Virus record (IMG/VR): IMGVR_UViG_3300003877_000001 | Location: 261,855-325,854 of that record | Strand: one strand, 5' to 3' | DNA length: 64,000 bases | Shown: one piece after another, positions 30,187 through 40,441 of the stretch | How the letters are laid out: each line of letters starts with the position of its first letter | How positions within the stretch are numbered: the first letter of the stretch is position 1 | The notes under the pieces: model-generated | What the model was told of the DNA's origin: nothing | The model's database searches: none | What the model saw: the letters and a program-made list of their open reading frames with translations, nothing else | Translations under genes and position numbers: made by a program

Positions 30187-32782
30187 TTTGATCTATTATA
30201 TTAAGACCTGCTTCTTGTGCTACTTTTAATACCGTATTAGTATTATGATCTTCAGCAATTTCTTTTAATCGTTGTTTAGTTATAATCTCTTCATTAATAA
30301 TATTTTTAATTAAGAATATTGATTCATCTAACATTTTATGTCTATCATTTACTGCTTTTTCAAAAGTATCTTCTAACCATTTCCAAGCAGATTTTTTATC
30401 TGCATCAGTAATTTTAATATCTTTTTCATCAATACCTACATCATTTATTGATTCATCTTGCCATGCAAAATATTTATATTTACCAGAATCACTTTCACCT
30501 TCAGTATATTTATTTCCAGCTTCTACTGGTGGAATCATTACATATTTATGATTCCAAGCTAAATTACCTTTAATATCCCAAGGATATTCAGGTTCTTTTT
30601 TTGCTTCTTTTTCTTTATCAGATAATTTCAACCCATAATCATGTGTTATTTCAACTTTAAAATACATAACGGGATATTCCCAATCACCACCAGCTTCCCA
30701 TAGTTCAGCATTAATTTCATATTTTATTGGTTGGTTTTTACGTAAATCTTTATTAAAGTAAAAAGTTTTCTTTTGTTTAGTACTATCATTATTTTCTAAA
30801 TCAAAATTAACTTTATAGAATTCTTGACCTTGTTTTATTGGATCACTCCATGCATCATTTATTATACTACTATAATCAAAAATTTCATCCTTTTCTTTTC
30901 TATTAATTATAGATTCAGTTAAATCATTTATTGTTTCGTTAATTTTTCTATCTATGTCTTGAAAATAATGTCTTTCTTTAACATCATCTTCAGCTACATT
31001 TGTAGTGTTTGCTTTTCTACGATGTTGATTATCATCATTAATATCTGTTAATACAACATTATTTATGTCTCCTTGATTACATGCTTTTGATGTTCCATTA
31101 CCATTTCCACCTAATTGACATTCTTTTTTTATTGTAACTGCTTTAGATTTTGGCATCCAACTTGTTATTCTTTCGGTAATTATATTTGCAGTAATATCTA
31201 AAAACATTTCATTTAAATCCCAAATATCATCTTCTGCATTAACAGTACCTTGTGCATTAGTATATAATGAAGTCCCATCTTCATTTATACCTTGTCCACC
31301 TAACTTATATTTATCAGATTCTGAATCTGCACTACCATCAACACCCCAATATACTAAATCTTCCTTAATTAAGCCAACCCTTTTAAAGAATTTTTGAATC
31401 TTCATTAAATTATTAAAAAATTTAACATTATTATTAGATATTTTTAATGAGTTTTCAATATTTTGTGAACCAATTAAATAATTTTTCAATAATTTAGAAA
31501 CCATTTCGCCTGTTGGTTTATAAATATTACCATGTGCTTCTATAAAATCGGTTGATTGTTTTAAATCCTCTGAAGAAATATCTCTATAATCTTCATATGC
31601 ATATTCATTTAAGTCATCACCAACCAATTCATTAGATGATGTGAATGCATTACCACCATACCCACCATCTTTTATATTAGCATCTTCAGCAGCATTATCT
31701 AAAAAATCTTGCATTTGAAATTGTACTTCATTAATACTATCTTCTTTATTTTCAATCCCTTCTCTTTGTCTACTTTTATTATAATATGTATTATAAACAT
31801 CATGAGATAAACCATAATCAATTACAACAATCTGAGGTTGACCATCCCTATTAACCTCACCGTATGATGATATTCTATCTAAATCACCAGCACTTTGAGC
31901 AAAATTAGCAATCATTTCACCTAAACTAGAGGTAAACTCATTTTCCCACATATCTTCTTCAATGGATTTATCTAATTCAGCACCATAATATTGACCACGA
32001 CCATTTGCCTTATGATCATATAGTTTTAGAAATGCACCAACATCTTCAACACGATAACCCGTTAATTCTTTAAATCTGTTTTTACCTACTTTTTTTGCTC
32101 TTTCAGATTCAATCCATAAATCATTTGGATGACTATCAATAACTTTAGTAATTACATCATCATTCCATCCTTGTGTTGATACTGAAGTTTCTTCGGCATT
32201 TTGTGCTAAACCCTTTTGATTAGCTGCTAGTTTTAATGCCATTTTATCATCAACAGCATATACGTGTCTACCACTTCCACTTGCAATTTTTTCTAAGTGT
32301 TCATCAGCATATCTTTTTCTAGCAGCAAATGATGTTAAACCTTTAAATTCGTCCATATTAAATGATACTGGATAATCTTCTTCTAAATTATCTTCATTCA
32401 TAGTCCAAATTTCTCTACGAATTATTTCATCTAAATTTTCATCTATTTCTTTTTTTGGTTCTCTAAACATAAGTTCCATTGTTTCATAATCTTTGTTTCT
32501 GCCTTTATTCATGATAAAACCTAGACTTTTATACCAATTAATTAGTTTATTTTTATTAGCACCAAAATCACTAGAAGGTGTTAACGCTAATATTTTACCT
32601 CTTTCGTTAGCATAATTTATTATTTGCTCCATAGTTTCTTGAGCATAACCACTACCTCTAAAATCAGGGTTTATTCTGATTTGATTTAACACAAGAAATT
32701 TACCTCTATCTGTTAAATAGAATTTCCCAACTTCTTGTCCATTAAAAAATATTGTTTCTGAATTAAAATCTAGATTTACCAT
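30161..32782 (-). CDS. polyvalent protein: GNAT acetyltransferase + kinase-like domain + unknown domains
   Basis: RINPDFRGSGYA...WYKSLGF (GNAT); SGSGRHVY..ALKLA..QNAEE...VIDYG (kinase-like). Confidence 0.7.
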   Translation of the reverse strand: MVNLDFNSETIFFNGQEVGKFYLTDRGKFLVLNQIRINPDFRGSGYAQETMEQIINYANERGKILALTPSSDFGANKNKLINWYKSLGFIMNKGRNKDYETMELMFREPKKEIDENLDEIIRREIWTMNEDNLEEDYPVSFNMDEFKGLTSFAARKRYADEHLEKIASGSGRHVYAVDDKMALKLAANQKGLAQNAEETSVSTQGWNDDVITKVIDSHPNDLWIESERAKKVGKNRFKELTGYRVEDVGAFLKLYDHKANGRGQYYGAELDKSIEEDMWENEFTSSLGEMIANFAQSAGDLDRISSYGEVNRDGQPQIVVIDYGLSHDVYNTYYNKSRQREGIENKEDSINEVQFQMQDFLDNAAEDANIKDGGYGGNAFTSSNELVGDDLNEYAYEDYRDISSEDLKQSTDFIEAHGNIYKPTGEMVSKLLKNYLIGSQNIENSLKISNNNVKFFNNLMKIQKFFKRVGLIKEDLVYWGVDGSADSESDKYKLGGQGINEDGTSLYTNAQGTVNAEDDIWDLNEMFLDITANIITERITSWMPKSKAVTIKKECQLGGNGNGTSKACNQGDINNVVLTDINDDNQHRRKANTTNVAEDDVKERHYFQDIDRKINETINDLTESIINRKEKDEIFDYSSIINDAWSDPIKQGQEFYKVNFDLENNDSTKQKKTFYFNKDLRKNQPIKYEINAELWEAGGDWEYPVMYFKVEITHDYGLKLSDKEKEAKKEPEYPWDIKGNLAWNHKYVMIPPVEAGNKYTEGESDSGKYKYFAWQDESINDVGIDEKDIKITDADKKSAWKWLEDTFEKAVNDRHKMLDESIFLIKNIINEEIITKQRLKEIAEDHNTNTVLKVAQEAGLNIIDQNGKKYISC

Positions 32783-32790
32783 AGTAATAT

Positions 32791-32819
32791 AAAAAACCCA
32801 TAGCAGTAACTATGGGTTT
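32791..32819 (-). terminator. hairpin / terminator or attenuator
   Basis: AAACCCATAG-CAGTAA-CTATGGGTTT with minus-strand T-run. Confidence 0.6.
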
Positions 32820-32839
32820 ATTCTGCTTTCATATAAATA

Positions 32840-33589
32840 CTATTGTTTTTTTGATTTATTAATTTTTTGTAAATCGATAATTGTTTCACGTACAATTTGT
32901 TCAATTACTGTACGATTTTCCTCTAATGCCTCTTTAATTACTTCTGCTTTATATGATTCAATGATTGAATTTTTCATTGCTTCAGCAAATAAATGTCCAA
33001 AATTTTCATTTAATAATTGTGTTGCAACATTATTAACTTGTTCGATAATTAATTGTGGTGGTGCACCAACAGCCATTTGATTTTGCATCATTTGCTGTTC
33101 ATTTAAGATTCCACCTTGATTTCCCATAGGTGTTCCTACATGTCCCATTTGTTGATATTGTGATATTGCATCAGCAACACCAACAGTTGAAGTAGGTTGT
33201 CCCATTGGTTTGTTATAATTAGTATTAGATTGTTCTCTAATTCTTTTAGCCTCATTCATTCTTGCAACTTCAGCAGCAGAAGGAATATGCCCATTTGTTT
33301 GTTGTGGTTGAATACTTTGTGTTGGTGCACTTGAAGTAACATGTTCCAATATTGAAGGGTCTACCGTTTTACCTGCTAATTTCGCTTCAGCTACTTGATT
33401 TACTGTTTTTACTTTAACACTAGCACCTGTTTGTTCACCTGTTTGTCTTGTATGTACCAATTCTCTTAAAAATTGATCACCACTTACTGGAATGATTGTA
33501 CTTTCACCTAGTGCTGTTTTTCTAACATTTTGTTCCTGCTTTGTCTTATCTATTGTTTCTCTTAGTTTTTCTAAGTCTAATTTTGACAT
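32840..33589 (-). CDS. hypothetical protein (possible head core/scaffold)
   Basis: Helical ends, Q/M/G-rich middle, several I/L-x-E sites. Confidence 0.6.
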   Translation of the reverse strand: MSKLDLEKLRETIDKTKQEQNVRKTALGESTIIPVSGDQFLRELVHTRQTGEQTGASVKVKTVNQVAEAKLAGKTVDPSILEHVTSSAPTQSIQPQQTNGHIPSAAEVARMNEAKRIREQSNTNYNKPMGQPTSTVGVADAISQYQQMGHVGTPMGNQGGILNEQQMMQNQMAVGAPPQLIIEQVNNVATQLLNENFGHLFAEAMKNSIIESYKAEVIKEALEENRTVIEQIVRETIIDLQKINKSKKQ

Positions 33590-33646
33590 ATTCTATTTTT
33601 ATAAAATTTTATTATTTTTTATAAATACTACAAAAAAGAAAAAAAT

Positions 33647-34555
33647 TTAACTATTTTGTAAATTTCTTTCAAATTCTACCTTTTGTTTATTAAAAAAGGT
33701 TTTATCTATTGGTTTACTACGTTCACCACCTAGTAATGAACCAGAATTATTTAATTTATTTTGAAAATTTTCAAATGCACTTTGAGAAACCCTTTTGGTA
33801 TCTTTAAGTCCTGCTACTTCTTTAAATAAATCATCTAAATTACCTACAATACTTTGAGAATCAAGCCTTACTTCCCAATTTTTAGTTTTATATTCTAATT
33901 GTCCATTAGGTTTTTGAACTACAATATAGTTTGCAGGGTTTTGTTTTCTACTAAATTTAACCCTACCAAACAAATTTGTAAGTTCCTTTTTAAATTGAAA
34001 ATCATTGGTATCATTAACAAAACTCTTTAAACTAGCAGCTTGATTATCAAATACCGAACCTTCTCTTGATTGGAAATTTGGTTCTTCTATTGAATCTTGT
34101 CCTTTCATATTATCTTGAGGGATTTCTTCATCAGTATATGCTGCAATTACGTTCAATGCACTATCATTAGGATTAAAATTAGGTCTTGGTGTTACTGCAT
34201 TTTTAAATTTTTCATTTGTTGGCATAAATGATGATATACCTTCAACATTAAATAATCTCCAACCACCTTTATTTAAACCACCGCTATTCCATTTATCTGG
34301 TCTAGTACGTTTAGTATCACTAGCACCTGCTTGTTGATACGATCTCAGCAATAAATTTCCTGTTGTTTTATGTGTTCCTAAGACATACGGTTCAATTGTA
34401 CGATATCCACGATTAGTTGTATTATCACCTTGATAATATATATACATAACGTCTTTACCTTCAATAGCATCTACAATTGATTTTTGATCAACAGATTCTG
34501 TTAAAAGTCTAAGATTTTTAATATTATCCTTTATAAGGTGATTTTCATTTAACAT
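33647..34555 (-). CDS. WYL domain protein
   Basis: IVDAI...IYY...RTIEPYVLG...LRSYQ...WRLFNVEGI. Confidence 0.8.
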   Translation of the reverse strand: MLNENHLIKDNIKNLRLLTESVDQKSIVDAIEGKDVMYIYYQGDNTTNRGYRTIEPYVLGTHKTTGNLLLRSYQQAGASDTKRTRPDKWNSGGLNKGGWRLFNVEGISSFMPTNEKFKNAVTPRPNFNPNDSALNVIAAYTDEEIPQDNMKGQDSIEEPNFQSREGSVFDNQAASLKSFVNDTNDFQFKKELTNLFGRVKFSRKQNPANYIVVQKPNGQLEYKTKNWEVRLDSQSIVGNLDDLFKEVAGLKDTKRVSQSAFENFQNKLNNSGSLLGGERSKPIDKTFFNKQKVEFERNLQNS

Positions 34556-34559
34556 GATT

Positions 34560-34796
34560 TTATGCTTTTGTTATATCATATGGGTCATTTTGAGTGAATT
34601 GGTTTTTTGCTTCCAATTGTTTTCTCTTTTTGATATCTGTTGCACTACCAATTGTTTCAGTTTCACCTTTACCATGTTCATCACCATCAGATAAAGCATT
34701 TTCATGTCCAACATTATATTCATCATTGTTTGTAAACTCATTTTTTGCTAACAATGGATTTCTATATTGTGGTGAATTTTCTAATAATCTACTCAT
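34560..34796 (-). CDS. small hypothetical protein
   Basis: Internal repeat LLAKNEFT / LEAKNQFT; promoter motif 34828-34836. Confidence 0.65.
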   Translation of the reverse strand: MSRLLENSPQYRNPLLAKNEFTNNDEYNVGHENALSDGDEHGKGETETIGSATDIKKRKQLEAKNQFTQNDPYDITKA

Positions 34797-34845
34797 TTCT
34801 CTTTATTTATTTTTAAATGTTATTTCTTATAAATACTTTTAAGTT

Positions 34846-35097
34846 TTAAATATGTTTCCATCTTTCTTTATCTACAATTGTAGATGATGATAGGTCTGAT
34901 TCTAATATTCCATAAATAAACGAAGATTCACCATATTTATTATATGATCTTTGTAGAAGATTATTATAATGTTTACCTCTTCTTAATTCTGCAAAATGTT
35001 TGTTGATTCTTTTATAAATATTTAAAGAACTACCAACATATATTTTTTTATTAACATTATTTTTAATTAAATAAACACCAGAAAATTTTCTATTCAT
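34846..35097 (-). pseudogene. truncated GIY-YIG homing endonuclease
   Basis: SGVYLIKN...YVGSS...R...H...LQRSYNKYGE...E then stop; no YN motif or DNA-binding tail (compare 45373..46227). Confidence 0.7.
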
Positions 35098-35959
35098 ACT
35101 TTGTTAGTGCAATTTTAACATAATCCATAAGATTAGGTACTGTATCTAATTTATCTATTTCATCAATTGAATACCAACCATAATCTTGATGTTCATCATT
35201 CAATTCAACATCATCATTATCACCATCATATTTTGCAATAAACATATGTTCCACACTGTCTTCATTTCTTTGTAAAACAAACTTCTCAATAAACTTATTA
35301 ATATCAAGACCTGTCTCTTCTTTTATTTCTCTTTGAACCGCTTCTACTGGTTCTTCACCTTCTTCGACACCACCACCAACTAATGCTATTTTTTCAGGCA
35401 TCCATTGCTCTTTATAAGACGATCTCTGTAAGAGTAGTACTTCCATATCATTATTAAAAATAATCGCTAGAGCGTTCTTTGTGAGGTTATTATCAATTTC
35501 TTCACCTTCTAATATTTCACCTTCAGGAATTTTTTTTCTTCCAATTCTATCCAACCAACCTTCATGATTATGTAAAAGTCTTTGTTCTGATTCTCTTAAA
35601 TTAACTTCACCATTTTGTGCAGTTAAATCTAATGAATTAGCCATAACCATTGTTGGTTTTTTTATTTCTTTTGATTTAGCAGTTCTATCTCTTTCATTTC
35701 CTAATTGTTGATCGATAAACATTTTCATTTCATTACCACCTGCATAATCAAGTTCATCTTTAGATGTTGTTTGTGCATTGAAATTATCGAAAAAGTTTTT
35801 TAACCTTTTCATTTGCTCATACGATATATTACCGCTATTAACAAGACCCTTTGCTCTTTTTATTCCATTACCTGTTGGGCTAGTATATATTTTAGCATTA
35901 ATCTTATTTAAAATTTCTTTTGGTATTGGATATGTATTACCATATAACTCCGAATTCAT
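35090..35959 (-). CDS. Nudix hydrolase with N-terminal extra domain
   Basis: Nudix box GGVEEGEEPVEAVQREIKEETGL. Confidence 0.9.
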   Translation of the reverse strand: MNSELYGNTYPIPKEILNKINAKIYTSPTGNGIKRAKGLVNSGNISYEQMKRLKNFFDNFNAQTTSKDELDYAGGNEMKMFIDQQLGNERDRTAKSKEIKKPTMVMANSLDLTAQNGEVNLRESEQRLLHNHEGWLDRIGRKKIPEGEILEGEEIDNNLTKNALAIIFNNDMEVLLLQRSSYKEQWMPEKIALVGGGVEEGEEPVEAVQREIKEETGLDINKFIEKFVLQRNEDSVEHMFIAKYDGDNDDVELNDEHQDYGWYSIDEIDKLDTVPNLMDYVKIALTKYE

Positions 35960-35960
35960 A

Positions 35961-36470
35961 TTATTTCTTTCTTTTTCCCTCCAATAGGTTAATTAATTTA
36001 TCTAATTCTGCTTTAGGTAATTTACCTAATAAATCAGCAACTTTATCTACATTACCACCAACTAAATCTTTATTTTTTTTTTCTGGTGGAATTAATTTAT
36101 CTTCCTTTTTAGGTGATATTTTATCTTCAACTACTTTACCCTCATTTATTGAACCATCTCCTTCAAATGCTTCTTCTAGGAATGGCTTAATGGTTTCCAT
36201 AACAGCATTTGCTTTATCACCAACAACACCTTCTAATGCCTCAACAACAGCAGGTTTATCAGAACTATCAGACTCATAAAAATAAAACCCAAAACGACCT
36301 AAAAAATCATTTTTAAAATTCTGACCATGAACTTTTGCATTATAATCAGTTGTTTTAGTTGCTTGTGTTTCGTTATCTGGTGATGATTCAGGTCTATCTA
36401 CACTACCAATAATATTACTTTCACTATCGATAATTTCTTGTATTTTATCTTTTGTTATTTTCATATTCAA
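35961..36470 (-). CDS. hypothetical protein
   Basis: 169-aa ORF; promoter motif 36480-36488. Confidence 0.65.
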   Translation of the reverse strand: MNMKITKDKIQEIIDSESNIIGSVDRPESSPDNETQATKTTDYNAKVHGQNFKNDFLGRFGFYFYESDSSDKPAVVEALEGVVGDKANAVMETIKPFLEEAFEGDGSINEGKVVEDKISPKKEDKLIPPEKKNKDLVGGNVDKVADLLGKLPKAELDKLINLLEGKRKK

Positions 36471-36490
36471 ATACTTTTATATAAATACTA

Positions 36491-36519
36491 AGAAAAGGGG
36501 AATTATTATAAATCCCCTT
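36491..36519 (-). terminator. terminator overlapping DNA polymerase stop
   Basis: AAGGGGA...TCCCCTT stem with T-rich tail on minus strand. Confidence 0.5.
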
Positions 36520-39500
36520 CATCAAAATAAATATCAGGTTCGAAATCAGCTTCCTTTTCATTAACATAATCATCAAAAGCTAATTTCACATTTGGTACTT
36601 TTTCAAACAATTCATCCATATCATAATGTGGTGGTATGTTATTATCTTTTACAAAAGACTTAAAATATTCAATTTTTTTCATTCTCTCTTTAACAATCTT
36701 CTCCTTTTGCACATTAATATAATTAACATCTTCCACTCTAAGTTTTTGTAATTCAGCTTCCTTTACCTTTTCAGCTTCTTCCCATTGATGTTCTGTTGGT
36801 GAAAGTGGTACTTTAACATCATCATACTTTTTCAATATTTCAATGAATTCACCATTATTATACCCAATTGTATATTTATCTCTAACCCAATGATTACCAT
36901 TTTTATAAACATATTTATTTTCAATTTTTGGTTTAGATGCATTAACTACTAAAGGAGTAATATCACCAACCTTTATAATATTTTTAATTAAAACATAATC
37001 ACCACGAATCGTTTTATCATTAATAGATTTAATCCTAGACTTACCAGACTTTTCCATTGCATCACTAAGATAGTTCAATGCATGATTATATATTTCATAA
37101 TTAACTAATCCATATTTTTCAACATCTTTTGTTTTAAAACCATCCCATATTAATCTTGGATCATAACCAGTTTTATTCCAAAAATCAACTTCCCTATCTT
37201 CAAGATACATAGAGTCTTCATAATCATCATGATTAAAGTTTTTTAAGACTAATTGATCTGATTTAAATTCTCCCTTTTTAAGATCGATTTGCTCAACCTT
37301 TGCACCTGATGCATCTTCAATTTTTTTTCTAACTATTTTAACTAAAATTTCATCTCTTATTTCAGCATCAAATCCATCAAGTAATACTTTAACACGTTTA
37401 TTAAATGCTGCAAGATATTTTTCTACATTATAATCACCTGTTGTTTCAGGATTTTCTTCTAAATCTTTTTGGTTGATTAATCTAGCTTTAATAATAGTTT
37501 CACCTGTTTTAGAATCACTTTTAACATCACCATGAGACTTACGTGTACCTGTGTTAACATAATAAACAGTAGTATCTAATTCAGGTTCAGGTGGCATATA
37601 TGTTTCAACCTTCTCTATTATTGTCATTATATCATAATCACCAATTTCTCTATTATCATCATCTTTAAATTTTTCAAAATCATTTTCAAAGATTTTTCTA
37701 GCAATATTTTCACGTTCAGCAATAATAAGTTCCATATGTACTTGTTTTGCCTTTAATTTACCATTTTTATTTGTACCACGATTAAGATAATCATCTATTG
37801 AATTTTTAATTCTAGATTTAGATGCTATTTTTTTCAATGGTATTTGTTTATAAAAAATTGTTTCAGAATAATTATAATAATATTCTATAAAACCTTCACC
37901 ATTACCATCTAAAATTAATTTCATGCTTTCATCAATAAAATCTTCAATGAATTCAGGCATTGTTTTAGACTTAATTGTATTACCAGTAAATTTAATTTTT
38001 TTCTTATTAATAAAACACCCATTAAAGTTTGGATCAGGGACTTGTTTTGGTTTACCTGTTTCTTTATCTATATCGTCTGACATTAAAGCATAATTAATTC
38101 TAGATAAATTTAAACATGAGTCAAACTCACCATCATTATCTACGGATAAATAAGAATTTTCACGACCTAACGAGGTATAATGATCTTTTAAATAATCATT
38201 GAACTTTTCTATCAATGCTGAAACACCTGTCTTATTATTATATTCCCACATTTCTTCAATTACACCCTCACTTACTCCCTCACTTACACCCTCATTAGTA
38301 GCTCTAATTGTTGTAGTATCTGGAATGCTAAAGTTAATACCATCTGTTACAGCAAGTAATGGAATTAATCCAAATTTATTAAACCAATCAATTGCTTGTC
38401 TTAAATATATTCTACCTGTTGTAGTAATTCTAGCAGCACATATATTATCTGACCAATTAAATGCATATCCTGAACCTAATGCACCAAATAATGAATTGTT
38501 AAGAATTTTAATAGGTAACTGCTTAACAATAAATATATTTATTTGTTCTTTAGTAAATTTACCACTAAAAAATATTTGATATGATTCATTATCGATTGTT
38601 TTTAATAATTCAATTTCATTATCTGTAAGTTTATCTTCATTTCCAAGTTTCTTATATATGTTACGAGTTGTTGTCATATAAGTAAGCATCTTCTTAATAA
38701 CACCAGTAATATCAAACATAGGGAATACATCATGTGTCAACTGTATCATTGGATATAGTGATGCATAATCAATTTTAAGAAGTCTCTTAGTGTAACCTTT
38801 CTTATAACATCTTGCAAGACCACCTGAAAATCTTTCAACATCATCAGGATGTGGAATTGCTAAATCATTTTCATAACTCCATGCTGTCATGAGTAAGTTC
38901 CAAACGGCAGCATTGCCCATTGTTGCAACACGACTATATATTGTTGGAACAATTTTAGCAAGTAAGAATGATGATTGGTTGTATAAATTATCTACTTGTT
39001 CTGTTTCCCATAAATCATCCAATAAATATCTTCTTAAAATATTCTTACCGTTTTCAAATTTAAAATCTATTGTTGTTGATGAAAACTTATCAGGATTTAA
39101 TTTAATAATATTAGGTCTTAACCATTCAACAAATTCAGGGTTTGGTTTTAATAATTCATTTCTAGCTACCTTATATTCATCATCACTGATTTTATCTTTA
39201 TTTTCTTGTAAAAAATATAATTCACTCGATACATTATAGAATTTAGCAGGAATTTCAATATAATCATTATTTTCACTATTTAAAATAAACATAGGATTTT
39301 TATGCCAAAATCTTCCAATATCCTTACCATCATGTATATACATTCTATTAGGTTTGGCAATATCTTCATATTTACAAATATATTTTAATTTGTTATTTTT
39401 GATTTCACTATTAACTGCTGCTGTTTTTTTTACGGCATGTATAATATCTAATATTGTAAAACCATAGGCTATTGTTTGATTATATTTTTCAGTACTATTA

Positions 39501-40441
39501 CCAAATTTAACAGTACTACCCTTTTTTCTCCATAAATCTTCTTCAGGTATTAAGGTAGTTTGTATTCTATTTTTAGGTATATCTTCTTTTTTTCTTTTTC
39601 TAGGAAACCCATTTTTAGTATATTCTGATTCAACATCCATTCCTAATAATCTAGCTCTACCCAATATAAAGTCATAATCAAACATTTCAGAGTTATAACC
39701 TGAAATAATTGCAGGATTAATATATGTAATTAAATTAAAAAAATCTTGTATTATTATTTTTTCTGATTCATCATCATCAGGTTTTTCAACTTCTAATACA
39801 TGTTCAAATCCTTTATTATCTTTCATACCAATAGCAAAGATTCTTGAATGTTCGTATCTTAAACCAGTGGTTTCAATATCAAATGTTAATTTATGTACAT
39901 CATTATATTCTTCAAATCCTTTAAATAATCTAATTCCTGTTGATATGAAAAATTGTTCATTTAGTTTTGGAAGATAAAATAAATCTCTATATTTAGAAAC
40001 ACTAAAACCTCTATTATCTTTAAGTATTTTACCTCTATCATCATAAATTTTTTGATATGGATTTAAACCAGCTTCTTCAAAAAATTTAATTAACATACTA
40101 AATGATTTAGTTGTAGATGCTTTATATGGATAACCATTTTCTAATCTTGGATGGTTACCTGTTTTCATTTTTGTAATCGTTACATCATACTTTTGTAGGA
40201 TTGCCTTATATTTATCAACATTACCATCAAAGAGTTTATACCCAACCTTTTTAAGGTCTTTAAAATAGATGAATGATGTAAATGGTATTCGAACAATTTG
40301 TTTGGTTTTATTTGGTTCATGAATTACACATGTTGCATATTCATGATTATTGTCTGTTTCAACATTAACCAAATATTTTACATCATTATTTTTCCCTTCT
40401 AAAAATTCTTGAATTTCTTTAATAGTATTTTCAGTTGTCAT
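36506..40441 (-). CDS. polB: family B DNA polymerase with 3'-5' exonuclease
   Basis: FDIETTG, GYNSEMFDY, YLLDD; IDYASLYP, KILNNSLFG, AVTDG. Confidence 0.92.
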   Translation of the reverse strand: MTTENTIKEIQEFLEGKNNDVKYLVNVETDNNHEYATCVIHEPNKTKQIVRIPFTSFIYFKDLKKVGYKLFDGNVDKYKAILQKYDVTITKMKTGNHPRLENGYPYKASTTKSFSMLIKFFEEAGLNPYQKIYDDRGKILKDNRGFSVSKYRDLFYLPKLNEQFFISTGIRLFKGFEEYNDVHKLTFDIETTGLRYEHSRIFAIGMKDNKGFEHVLEVEKPDDDESEKIIIQDFFNLITYINPAIISGYNSEMFDYDFILGRARLLGMDVESEYTKNGFPRKRKKEDIPKNRIQTTLIPEEDLWRKKGSTVKFGNSTEKYNQTIAYGFTILDIIHAVKKTAAVNSEIKNNKLKYICKYEDIAKPNRMYIHDGKDIGRFWHKNPMFILNSENNDYIEIPAKFYNVSSELYFLQENKDKISDDEYKVARNELLKPNPEFVEWLRPNIIKLNPDKFSSTTIDFKFENGKNILRRYLLDDLWETEQVDNLYNQSSFLLAKIVPTIYSRVATMGNAAVWNLLMTAWSYENDLAIPHPDDVERFSGGLARCYKKGYTKRLLKIDYASLYPMIQLTHDVFPMFDITGVIKKMLTYMTTTRNIYKKLGNEDKLTDNEIELLKTIDNESYQIFFSGKFTKEQINIFIVKQLPIKILNNSLFGALGSGYAFNWSDNICAARITTTGRIYLRQAIDWFNKFGLIPLLAVTDGINFSIPDTTTIRATNEGVSEGVSEGVIEEMWEYNNKTGVSALIEKFNDYLKDHYTSLGRENSYLSVDNDGEFDSCLNLSRINYALMSDDIDKETGKPKQVPDPNFNGCFINKKKIKFTGNTIKSKTMPEFIEDFIDESMKLILDGNGEGFIEYYYNYSETIFYKQIPLKKIASKSRIKNSIDDYLNRGTNKNGKLKAKQVHMELIIAERENIARKIFENDFEKFKDDDNREIGDYDIMTIIEKVETYMPPEPELDTTVYYVNTGTRKSHGDVKSDSKTGETIIKARLINQKDLEENPETTGDYNVEKYLAAFNKRVKVLLDGFDAEIRDEILVKIVRKKIEDASGAKVEQIDLKKGEFKSDQLVLKNFNHDDYEDSMYLEDREVDFWNKTGYDPRLIWDGFKTKDVEKYGLVNYEIYNHALNYLSDAMEKSGKSRIKSINDKTIRGDYVLIKNIIKVGDITPLVVNASKPKIENKYVYKNGNHWVRDKYTIGYNNGEFIEILKKYDDVKVPLSPTEHQWEEAEKVKEAELQKLRVEDVNYINVQKEKIVKERMKKIEYFKSFVKDNNIPPHYDMDELFEKVPNVKLAFDDYVNEKEADFEPDIYFDEGDL

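Noticed and set aside
36506-40441. Intein in the long PolB
   Set aside because: No C/S...HN-[CST] splicing motifs; extra length comes from insertions and a C-terminal extension
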